A stretch of 57,890 nucleotides of DNA, taken from NCBI GenBank assembly GCA_964576995.1, contig CAZNWP010000001.1, positions 1 through 57,890 of the forward strand, in the 5' to 3' direction. Every line of letters begins with the position of its first letter. The first letter of the stretch is position 1. Of the stretch, positions 8,975-17,166 are shown piece after piece. The position numbers and the translations under genes are program-made. The notes beneath the pieces were generated by a model that saw only the letters and a program-made list of their open reading frames with translations, ran no database searches and had not been told where the DNA came from. The DNA is from an uncultured Christensenella sp. (GTDB taxonomy: Bacteria > Bacillota > Clostridia > Christensenellales > Borkfalkiaceae).

Positions 8975-11599
8975 TTAGTTATTTTTATTTTCTAAACACA
9001 CATCCTTGCTTGCACAATATTTGCAATATGGACTTAAATTATAAGACCAATTGTTAAAAGATAAAATAGCCTCAACCTGTTCGGGTTTCAAGAGTTCTAA
9101 ATCTTTTTCTGCCTTATAATCTAAAAGATGTTCATCTTTTATAAGTTTCCTCTTCTCAACAGCTGAAAGCACTTTAAACATATTATTCTTTATGTAAAAT
9201 GGTGTTACAACATCCTTATAAACTTGAGCTGTTAACTGTGCTTCTTCCAACTTAGTACATAACCTAAATTTATTGTCAATCTTATCAAAATTTTCTTTAA
9301 TTGCATCCCTTACGCTTTTCTCATTAAAGGGTTTCCCTTGCATGCTTTCAAGTACCATATTTTTTATTAAGATTCTCATATACATGTGTATCAAAAATCT
9401 GTCTCTAAAAACGGTATCATTTTGTGCAATATTTTCTACGCCAAACTTATAAGGGCACAACGAAATTTTGATTCTAGATAATTCATCAAACGACATAACA
9501 TATTTCTTCAAATCAAATTCTGCATTCTTTGGATACACAATATTGGGCAAGAAGCCTGATTTATCATATATGCTAAATTTACGAACCTTGATTCCAAGCA
9601 TTGATAAAATATGATATAAATCATTTTCTTTATCATTTTCGGTTTTTACATAACTAAGTTTACATTTGTTTCGGCAAAATTCCAATCCGTATATTAAAGC
9701 ATATCTATTAAAATTATGATATTCCGTTTTGGCTTTTACATATAATTGATATTTCCAATCCAAAGGAATTTGAATATAGTTAAAGAAACTTACATCAAGT
9801 GGCCAAGACAAATGTTCGTCTTTGTTTGCGCAAATATCCTTATCCGACAAACAGCAGAAATGATATATTGCATTATCGTTTTTATCATCACTCTTTAATA
9901 TATCACCATCTATTTGTTCGAACCCTCTTACAATCCACTTTGCCCCGTGATTTATATTTTCATCTTGACTTAAATAGTAACTTAATGTTTGACGTAACGT
10001 AATAAATGAGCCTGATTTCGGGATATCTGTATCCCCCATTCTATCAAGAAGGTTACGCATCACCCCTATTATCTCATTATCAAATTCAGAGTTGTCATTA
10101 ACTTTAGACATAATGAACTTTTTAACTTTTTCATAGAAATGTCTAAAGTTTTCTTCACCATTCTTAAAGTCACGATAAAAAGAATCTACAATATCTCTTA
10201 AGTCTAATAATGCTTGTATTAACTCAGCCAAATTTGTAGCGGATACATTAAAGTATCCTACCTTTTTCTTCTTGTCGTAAACTACTGCAAGGTTCTTCTT
10301 AAGTTCTTTAAGTCTTGAAATAATTTTATTATAATCTTTCAAATCCTCAATGTATGGTAAAATTTGGTTGAAGGTGTTTATAAGAAGTCCTTGTTTTGTT
10401 TCAGTTAAAATACCAGCAGTTAAACACTCTTTTATATCCGAGAAATTGTTTACAACAACAACTTCATTTTCACTATCCCACATGTTCATTGTAGCAATGA
10501 AAAAGTGACCAATCGGATAATCCAAGAAATGACGTTGTTCAAACTGATCCGGGAAATATGCCCTTAATATATCATTGACCTTTGGGGAAGCAGAATAGAA
10601 TTGCTCTTCCATATATCTCAATGGTGAGCGATATGGATTACTATCTGCGCGCTTCTTCTTACGGGCTTCTTCATATATTTGAGCAACATAGTTAGCGAAT
10701 TCCGTATTGTTTTCAAACTCAATAACTTCAAACGAATCTATCTCTTCATTTTTCTCATTATATTTACAGTCAGACATCTTACCAATACAGTCTGCCAACA
10801 TATTCGATTTATAAGAGTCCCCCAATAAAGCATTAGGTTCGAACTCTTCGTTGCTACTAAATTTGATGTTGGTATTAAACAACGAATATATATCAAGCCA
10901 TGTTTGATAAACCTTTTGATATTGCTTTTGATAATTAAAAATCAAAACAACATTCTTCACCTTTGCAATGTCTTCAATTGCGCATAACATTGCTGGTGAA
11001 AATTGATGCACTCCATTTATCACAACGGTATTAAAATCTAATTTATCAAACGGGATTTTATCTTGCTTCTTTACACCAGCAGCATCTATTAACGACTGCT
11101 TTATCGCATTATTAATAGACTCATTGTCAGACACTCTCTTGAATGTAAAACTAGAATTAGGGTTTGAATAAATTATTTTATAAATATCTACTAAATACTT
11201 TTGGTCAATATTTATATTGTCGGTCTTAAAATCAAAAGGATTGAGATTTAACTCAGCTAAAATTCTTAAACTATTAGCAATATTCTTTGCATTGTTATAT
11301 AAGGATTTTCTAACACTGTCTACATGATCACCCTCGATTTGCAACATTCCTATTGCATTATCAACTTCAATCATCTGTTTGATTTTCGTACCGAAATCAT
11401 CCCACTGTTTATAGAGCAAATTAATTAAATTTTTGATTGTTGTTATGTTTAAGTTTTCATTAAAACAATCATATGTCCCTCTAAATCCATTTACTAAGGT
11501 TTGTGAAACACAAAATTGAGGACAACATCTTATATCATCCCAAAATTCCTCTTCCTCTAGCGTGTATGGATTAGTATATGTATAAATTTTTATTGACAT
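8975..11599 (-). CDS. AddB/RexB-like protein: degenerate helicase scaffold plus RecB-family nuclease-like C-terminus with 4-Cys Fe-S signature
   Basis: C-terminus has SLCPYKF ... LLDYK ... CKYCASKDVC, i.e. C-Xn-C-X2-C-X5-C as in AddB/Cas4 iron-staple nucleases, with a DYK motif-III-like element between. VINGVHQFSP resembles the AddB DGFxxFTP motif with D to N. No Walker A seen. Start moved to the ATG at 11599 (MSIKIY...) because AAGGAG lies 8 nt upstream. It overlaps the upstream stop by 10 nt (ATGTCAATAA). Confidence 0.6.
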   Translation of the reverse strand: MSIKIYTYTNPYTLEEEEFWDDIRCCPQFCVSQTLVNGFRGTYDCFNENLNITTIKNLINLLYKQWDDFGTKIKQMIEVDNAIGMLQIEGDHVDSVRKSLYNNAKNIANSLRILAELNLNPFDFKTDNINIDQKYLVDIYKIIYSNPNSSFTFKRVSDNESINNAIKQSLIDAAGVKKQDKIPFDKLDFNTVVINGVHQFSPAMLCAIEDIAKVKNVVLIFNYQKQYQKVYQTWLDIYSLFNTNIKFSSNEEFEPNALLGDSYKSNMLADCIGKMSDCKYNEKNEEIDSFEVIEFENNTEFANYVAQIYEEARKKKRADSNPYRSPLRYMEEQFYSASPKVNDILRAYFPDQFEQRHFLDYPIGHFFIATMNMWDSENEVVVVNNFSDIKECLTAGILTETKQGLLINTFNQILPYIEDLKDYNKIISRLKELKKNLAVVYDKKKKVGYFNVSATNLAELIQALLDLRDIVDSFYRDFKNGEENFRHFYEKVKKFIMSKVNDNSEFDNEIIGVMRNLLDRMGDTDIPKSGSFITLRQTLSYYLSQDENINHGAKWIVRGFEQIDGDILKSDDKNDNAIYHFCCLSDKDICANKDEHLSWPLDVSFFNYIQIPLDWKYQLYVKAKTEYHNFNRYALIYGLEFCRNKCKLSYVKTENDKENDLYHILSMLGIKVRKFSIYDKSGFLPNIVYPKNAEFDLKKYVMSFDELSRIKISLCPYKFGVENIAQNDTVFRDRFLIHMYMRILIKNMVLESMQGKPFNEKSVRDAIKENFDKIDNKFRLCTKLEEAQLTAQVYKDVVTPFYIKNNMFKVLSAVEKRKLIKDEHLLDYKAEKDLELLKPEQVEAILSFNNWSYNLSPYCKYCASKDVCLENKNN

Positions 11600-14500
11600 A
11601 ATTCTGCTCCTTCCAACAATCTGTTCCAATTGTATTTGCCATTATCCTTCTTGCCAAACCATATACATCTATTTATTGCACGAGTCAATGCAACATATAA
11701 AATACGTGATTCTTCTTTCTTGATTTCTGAAATTTCGTATTTTGTATCAAAAAACTCATTCGCATATCGTTCAACCCTAAAATTAAAGCAATACCCTATC
11801 TCGTTTTCTGTACACGAAAGTTCTATTGTATCCTTCTTGATTTCGTTTATCGCATTCTGTGTATAAGGCAAAATAACTGTGTCATATTCAAGACCTTTAG
11901 ATGCGTGTACGGTAATGCATATAACTCTTACACGATTATTCTCTTCAATAACGTCTCTCGATTTTGCTTCTTGACCTGTTGTGATTGAAATAATAAGTGA
12001 TTCGTTTATTGATTCTAACGTTAAATAATTTCTCTTATTTAATCTAGCTAAAGATTCAAAAATAAGTTCGTAATTTATTCTATAATACGTTTGTTTTTCT
12101 ATCGACGTTGAGTAGTTCTTCCAAGGCTTAGTTGCGTTATATATTTCACGTAATACCTGTAAAGTAGGATTCTTCTGAACATTCTCCACTACTTCAGCCC
12201 AAGTTTTATTCATTACTTCCTTAAAAAACAAGTTCAAGCAATCAATTAAAACTTCAAGCTTTTCTTCCTCCGATTTGCTTACCAAATTTAACGGAGAAAA
12301 TTTAATATTGATATTGTTAGAATAAATAAAGTCGTACAAATAGATAACGTTGTATGGATTGCATAACGCAGATGTCAATTTACACAAATCAATAGTTGAT
12401 TGTAATTTATAAAGGTTAGTATTCTTATCGCTTTCTACTAATACTCCTTTATCCCTGCCACGTTTTAATATTTCACCTACTTCGTAATTTTTACGAACCA
12501 GTATAGCAATTGTTTTTTCAGATTCAGACAGATTCTTGCTTTTGCTTATTTCTTCTAATTCCTTTATTCTATCCTTGACCTTATCGAAAAGCTTATCGTA
12601 TAGATCGTCCTTATTTTCATCCGTAGCTTCATACTCTACCTTTTCTAAAAATCTATCAAACGTCTCATCACTTTGCTTTATTCCAACAAGCGAATCAGAT
12701 TCACCATAAGGAATCAAATGTTGAGTACCTAAATCGGCAAACAACGAATCATATTCTTGCAACAATCTTTTATCAGAGCGATAATTTGTGTTCAACGAAA
12801 ACTTTATCCATTCATTTGTATCGCATCCCATCTTTGTGAATGCGTCCATCGTTGCGCCCCTAAATCTATATATACTTTGCTTCAAATCTCCTACGATAAA
12901 ATACTTAAATTTTATTTTATCCATCATTGCCTTGAATATACTTATTTGGGCGTCGTCTACATCTTGGAACTCATCAATGAATAAATATTTGTAATGATAT
13001 AATCTTGGATTAAACGACTCATCCTTGATGCATTTATTTAAGTAAATCATATACTCCGATAATGCAACAAGATTATTATCCAATAAGAATTGAGAATACT
13101 CAATTTCCGCATTTTTTACAACATCTAAGATAATTTCTTTAAGGTATTTCGCACCAGATATTTCAGCGCCAAGCATCTTAGAATCAATCGTTCTTAAATC
13201 AACACCCTTGTTATAGCACTTATCAATAAAATCCATCATGTATCTTTCGATGTCATACAAGCTAATTTTTACACGATATACAAATCCTGGATCTTCTTCT
13301 ATTTTTCTTTCAAAATAACTACTAAGATGTCTACGCAATATTTGTCTTCGTTGATAATTACCGGTTACCGTAGCAAAATCAGTACCTATCCCAAGAGGAA
13401 TAGATGTTCTTTGAATTATCTCTTTTGCAAAACTATGTATAGTTGAGATTCTCATTCTTTCAATATTAGAAATCATCTCTAAATAATGCTTATCTCTCGT
13501 TAATACAAAATAATTTCTAAATTGAACTTTTAATCTATTTCGCATATTAATTGCTGCTTCGTCCGTGAACGTAAGCATAGCAATTTCATCTGACACACTT
13601 AAAACATTAGATCTAGATACAGAACTACAAATATAGGAAATTCTAGATATCATTGAATACGTTTTTCCTGTACCCGCACCTGCTCTAACCTGAATATGTT
13701 TATCACAAGGAGCATGTTCTACAAAATACTGCTGCAAGTTGAAACTTGTTTTCTTTGCGAGAAGTTTTACTTTGTCAAGGATATCGTTGGGTATACAGCC
13801 ATTTATTATTGTAATATTTTCATTAAAAATATCGTCGATATTTTCATAACAGCTCGCCTCAAAGTTAAAAATTAAAACCTTATTTTCTTTAACCTTTACC
13901 GGAGACGAATTTGAAACATTTAATAACAACTGATTCCCTTTATAGGAAATATTATTCGCAACAAAATATTTATTTATATTTTCTGCTAATGCTTCTAATT
14001 CCTCTTTAGATTTTACAAATACACTTTGCCTAACACCCAACGTATAATTTTTTAAGATATTTTCAATATCTGAAAATGTTAATCTTTGAGAATATATTCT
14101 AAGTTCGGAATAGTTATTTTCAATTGTATCAGTTACAATTGATGACGTTGCCTCAAAATGCTTTCGTATCGTATCATATACAACACCTGATGTTTTATCT
14201 GCGTGTTGTACCTTATTCTGCTTAAATATCATGCCTAACTTAGCAGCAAGTTTATCTTTGTTTTCTAAATCTTCAGTAAATAAAGTTACTTCCGGTTCTG
14301 ATACAATATTTAATCCGAGCCTTTTATATTCCTCCTCTGATATAAACGGATAAGCAACAGCGCTTACGACAACGGGATTAATACCATAGCGAGAATTAAG
14401 CATGTTCAATAAGGCAAATCTATAACCATTTGCCTGCTTCTTTGGTGATGATACAAGTTTATCATAGTCTTTTAATTGAATTTCGTCTGGAGATTTTACC

Positions 14501-14706
14501 GATACAACATGTTCTGGCATCCATCCCTTTACTTCAATTATCATTAGACCAAGATTTTTAATTAAAATACAAAAATCAAACTCGTGTCCGTTTATCTCCC
14601 TATTGTAATACCCTATTACAGTATCGGGAAGATTTCTTTCAAGGCAATCATAAACCCTTGCCTCGCCAACGTATTTGTCACTTTTTTTATCTAAAATTTT
14701 AGCCAT
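11590..14706 (-). CDS. NERD-domain / UvrD-family SF1 helicase fusion (AddA-like role, nuclease module at the N-terminus)
   Basis: N-terminus GEARVYDCLE...EFDFCILIKNLGLMIIEVKGW (NERD-type D-X13-EVK). Helicase motifs AGAGTGKT, FIDEFQD, VGDLKQSIYRFRGA, TNYRS, HASKGLEYD, LYVALTRA. GGTGA RBS upstream of the ATG. Confidence 0.9.
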   Translation of the reverse strand: MAKILDKKSDKYVGEARVYDCLERNLPDTVIGYYNREINGHEFDFCILIKNLGLMIIEVKGWMPEHVVSVKSPDEIQLKDYDKLVSSPKKQANGYRFALLNMLNSRYGINPVVVSAVAYPFISEEEYKRLGLNIVSEPEVTLFTEDLENKDKLAAKLGMIFKQNKVQHADKTSGVVYDTIRKHFEATSSIVTDTIENNYSELRIYSQRLTFSDIENILKNYTLGVRQSVFVKSKEELEALAENINKYFVANNISYKGNQLLLNVSNSSPVKVKENKVLIFNFEASCYENIDDIFNENITIINGCIPNDILDKVKLLAKKTSFNLQQYFVEHAPCDKHIQVRAGAGTGKTYSMISRISYICSSVSRSNVLSVSDEIAMLTFTDEAAINMRNRLKVQFRNYFVLTRDKHYLEMISNIERMRISTIHSFAKEIIQRTSIPLGIGTDFATVTGNYQRRQILRRHLSSYFERKIEEDPGFVYRVKISLYDIERYMMDFIDKCYNKGVDLRTIDSKMLGAEISGAKYLKEIILDVVKNAEIEYSQFLLDNNLVALSEYMIYLNKCIKDESFNPRLYHYKYLFIDEFQDVDDAQISIFKAMMDKIKFKYFIVGDLKQSIYRFRGATMDAFTKMGCDTNEWIKFSLNTNYRSDKRLLQEYDSLFADLGTQHLIPYGESDSLVGIKQSDETFDRFLEKVEYEATDENKDDLYDKLFDKVKDRIKELEEISKSKNLSESEKTIAILVRKNYEVGEILKRGRDKGVLVESDKNTNLYKLQSTIDLCKLTSALCNPYNVIYLYDFIYSNNINIKFSPLNLVSKSEEEKLEVLIDCLNLFFKEVMNKTWAEVVENVQKNPTLQVLREIYNATKPWKNYSTSIEKQTYYRINYELIFESLARLNKRNYLTLESINESLIISITTGQEAKSRDVIEENNRVRVICITVHASKGLEYDTVILPYTQNAINEIKKDTIELSCTENEIGYCFNFRVERYANEFFDTKYEISEIKKEESRILYVALTRAINRCIWFGKKDNGKYNWNRLLEGAELCQ

Positions 14707-14727
14707 TGTTTTTCACCTTTTAAGAAA

Positions 14728-14946
14728 TCATTCCTCTTGTGTATCAACTTCTATAAAATCACATACATCGCCTATATTACAATTACAAACTTTGCATATT
14801 TTCATAAGTGCAGATAGCGATACTTCCTCATCCCTGCGAAGCTTAGTCATTGTGCCTGCAGCTAGTCCTGACGCCTTTCTTAAATCCGCTTTAGACATAT
14901 CAAGGTCTATCAATAATTTCCAAAGTTTCTTATAGCTAATCTTCAT
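14728..14946 (-). CDS. XRE-family helix-turn-helix transcriptional regulator (72 aa), first gene of the operon
   Basis: MSKADLRKASGLAAGTMTKLRRDEEVSLSALMKICKVCNCNIGDV is a typical short Cro/CI-type HTH. Its stop lies 21 nt before the helicase start. Confidence 0.85.
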   Translation of the reverse strand: MKISYKKLWKLLIDLDMSKADLRKASGLAAGTMTKLRRDEEVSLSALMKICKVCNCNIGDVCDFIEVDTQEE

Positions 14947-14988
14947 TTTTTTAGTTCTCCTAAAATATATAAAATCCCAATTTACATA

Positions 14989-15017
14989 ATTATAGCACTT
15001 GATACAATATAAGTCAA
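14989..15017 (-). promoter_or_regulatory. Sigma-70-type promoter of the XRE/helicase operon
   Basis: Minus strand TTGACT (15017-15012), 17-nt spacer, TATAAT (14994-14989), about 40 nt upstream of the XRE start codon. Confidence 0.7.
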
Positions 15018-15102
15018 TTACATATGGTCATCCTAACGATAAAGTATATCAAGATGTTGTGATTTTTTACTGGTTTATTATGATAGTTTCGTCTAATAAA
15101 GA

Positions 15103-15756
15103 TTATTTTTTGTGACAATAATCCCAATACCAGCATCGATAAGGTGTCTCGCAGTGACATCCAACCTCTCTTAACACTTCTTCCTTTTGGAATTTTATCT
15201 TACCAAGAATCCAGATGTTATCATCAACCTGTCTCCAGTATTTTGTTGCTTGGTCTGTAACATCTTGAATTACAAAAGGATTATTCTCATCTGGCCCGTG
15301 ATATATAACATAGCAATTTTTGATGATAACGCCACACTTTTTCAAAAGATATCTTTGAAATGCAATATCTTGCACGAATATATCTTCAACCTGTGGTGAA
15401 TTCTTTACTTCGTATATATCGTAACCATCCCCATTCTTCTTTAAGATATCAACTGCGCAATAATGACCATAATAAGTAAAAGCAGCTTCGCAAATAACTT
15501 CAACACCTAACGATATAGCACCCTTAGTCTTTTCGATCATTTGCTGATAATCAAGTCTATCACTATCTTCCTTGTACGTAGTGACTTCTATATAAGGACC
15601 AAAAATCCCCATCGCCTTATCGCCAAACTCATTTCCAGCATCAAGCTTTTCTTGTACTTCTGGCGGAATAATCTTAAATTCGGGATGATGCTTATCAAGC
15701 CACAACATCCTTGGACACTGCAATCCTCTCATAAAATCCGTTTTCGTTACACCCAT
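15103..15756 (-). CDS. Stand-alone PD-(D/E)xK nuclease, DUF2779/Cas4-like with Fe-S cysteines
   Basis: N-terminal LQCPRMLWL (DUF2779/Cas4-type first Cys), AVDIL...DIYEVK (D-X13-EVK), C-terminal CHCETPYRCWYWDYC cysteine cluster. AAGGAG RBS. Confidence 0.7.
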   Translation of the reverse strand: MGVTKTDFMRGLQCPRMLWLDKHHPEFKIIPPEVQEKLDAGNEFGDKAMGIFGPYIEVTTYKEDSDRLDYQQMIEKTKGAISLGVEVICEAAFTYYGHYCAVDILKKNGDGYDIYEVKNSPQVEDIFVQDIAFQRYLLKKCGVIIKNCYVIYHGPDENNPFVIQDVTDQATKYWRQVDDNIWILGKIKFQKEEVLREVGCHCETPYRCWYWDYCHKK

Positions 15757-15790
15757 TTCAATTCTCCTTCATTTTATCTTAACAAAGTAA

Positions 15791-15811
15791 ATATGACAGT
15801 TTACGTCATAT
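15791..15811. promoter_or_regulatory. Perfect 7-bp inverted repeat ATATGAC-N7-GTCATAT upstream of the nuclease gene (possible operator)
   Basis: Read directly: 15791-15797 atatgac, 15805-15811 gtcatat. Lies 35-55 nt upstream of the start at 15756. Confidence 0.3.
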
Positions 15812-15832
15812 ATAAAAATTTATTTAAAAATC

Positions 15833-15870
15833 TTTATAAAAAATGGCGCATATCTTTTCAATATACGCCG
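15833..15870 (-). terminator. Rho-independent terminator after the 160-aa gene
   Basis: ggcgcatat / atatacgcc stem (one mismatch), followed on the minus strand by AUUUUUUAU. Confidence 0.55.
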
Positions 15871-15917
15871 TTGACATCTTTTGCATTATAATCATTTTGA
15901 TATTAGAGCCACGTTTG

Positions 15918-16400
15918 CTAAAAATATACTTCACGATTATACTTTGCATTCCAGTATACAACTCTGAATTTAGCGTTTCTAAGAGACGTTCTCTTGAATT
16001 CAGGAATTGAGAGTATCTTATTTTTCAAACTTCGGCTTTGCATCTCATCTACAAATATAGTTTCCCCTATCACGTATCTCGTGGAACCTGGTGTAGAAAG
16101 TATGTAGATGCAACTATTGTTTTTTAGAATGTTTTTTATATTCTCAATAAGATTGTTAAATCCTTCTTCGCTTGCAAGATACTCTTGGTACCAACCACCA
16201 AAGAACAAGGTAAATCCATTACCCAGTTTCACTGCTAAGTTATTAGTTCCTTCCGGATTTATTACTGATATAAAATACTGACCGTCATCTAAGAAATCAT
16301 AACCTTTATCATCGGCAGTATGTACTTCTGTTTTAAATTCCTGAAGAGTTTCTAATAACATGTCTAATTTGCTTGTCGTAAATAATAAATTTTCTTTCAT
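15918..16400 (-). CDS. Hypothetical 160-aa protein (orphan, own terminator on both sides)
   Basis: ORF track. GGAGGAG RBS 6 nt upstream of the ATG. No recognisable motif. Confidence 0.6.
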   Translation of the reverse strand: MKENLLFTTSKLDMLLETLQEFKTEVHTADDKGYDFLDDGQYFISVINPEGTNNLAVKLGNGFTLFFGGWYQEYLASEEGFNNLIENIKNILKNNSCIYILSTPGSTRYVIGETIFVDEMQSRSLKNKILSIPEFKRTSLRNAKFRVVYWNAKYNREVYF

Positions 16401-16423
16401 GTTAACTCCTCCTGTTTTTTTAC

Positions 16424-16463
16424 ATAAAAAGAGGCAAACTCATCCATTGGACAAGTCTGCCTT
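16424..16463 (-). terminator. Rho-independent terminator after the small sigma-like regulator
   Basis: 13-bp stem 16433-16445 / 16449-16461. It pairs fully (3 G-U) only in the minus-strand RNA and is followed by CUUUUUAUGU. In the plus orientation the same positions are C-A mismatches. Confidence 0.65.
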
Positions 16464-16548
16464 GTGTAGACTGCCGATTTATGTACTTAATATTATATCA
16501 AACTTGATAAAATTTTTCAAGCATAAACCGACCGTCAAAATTAAGTTT

Positions 16549-17166
16549 TTACTTAGTTGTTAATATAACTAGCATTTCAATCCAGAAATTCATATTTTTA
16601 TCCATTGAATTCCATAATCTATTTGATATTACCTTAAATGCAGTTGCTCTTAACCTGTAATAATGCCTTTCCGATATCTCTAATTTGTTTGCAACCTCAG
16701 TTAAAATTAATTTCTCAGGTGCAATATACGATTGATAAATTAATTGATACAAAAGTTCCCCTTGATAAGCATATCTTTTTAAGGAATCTACAGCAACATT
16801 TATTCTATCTATAATTAGTCTCGCTTGTGTAATCCCCTCTAATCTATGCTCTAATCGCCTATTCCCATACGCCATCTCAACATCTAATCGACTAATTAGT
16901 TTATCGATATTCTCAAATGGCTGCTCTAGTTCGTCTGAAATTTCCTCAGGAAAAGTTTCTAACACCCACGCAAGATTTCTATATTGCTTCAGCATTAATT
17001 CAGTATTGTGATAAACACGACGTTGCTTACTTTGTTTTGCTTTACGAATTCTTTCCTCGGCAATATTTTCGTCTTCAATAAGGCCAGTCCTAACAAACAA
17101 CTGCACCATTTTCTTTATCTCATCTTTCTTTTCGGTAAAGATATTGCTATTAGATTTATTTCCCAT
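16549..17166 (-). CDS. Regulator with C-terminal sigma-70 region-4-like HTH (about 205 aa)
   Basis: C-terminus LTEVANKLEISERHYYRLRATAFKVISNRLW. Start moved to the ATG at 17166 (MGNKSNS...) because AGGAGG lies 6 nt upstream. C-terminal module is paralogous to the upstream 522-aa protein. Confidence 0.65.
   Translation of the reverse strand: MGNKSNSNIFTEKKDEIKKMVQLFVRTGLIEDENIAEERIRKAKQSKQRRVYHNTELMLKQYRNLAWVLETFPEEISDELEQPFENIDKLISRLDVEMAYGNRRLEHRLEGITQARLIIDRINVAVDSLKRYAYQGELLYQLIYQSYIAPEKLILTEVANKLEISERHYYRLRATAFKVISNRLWNSMDKNMNFWIEMLVILTTK

Noticed and set aside
15871-15892. Plus-strand TTGACA ... TATAAT pair.
   Set aside because: The spacer is only 10 nt, no plus-strand gene lies downstream, and the site overlaps the minus-strand terminator region.
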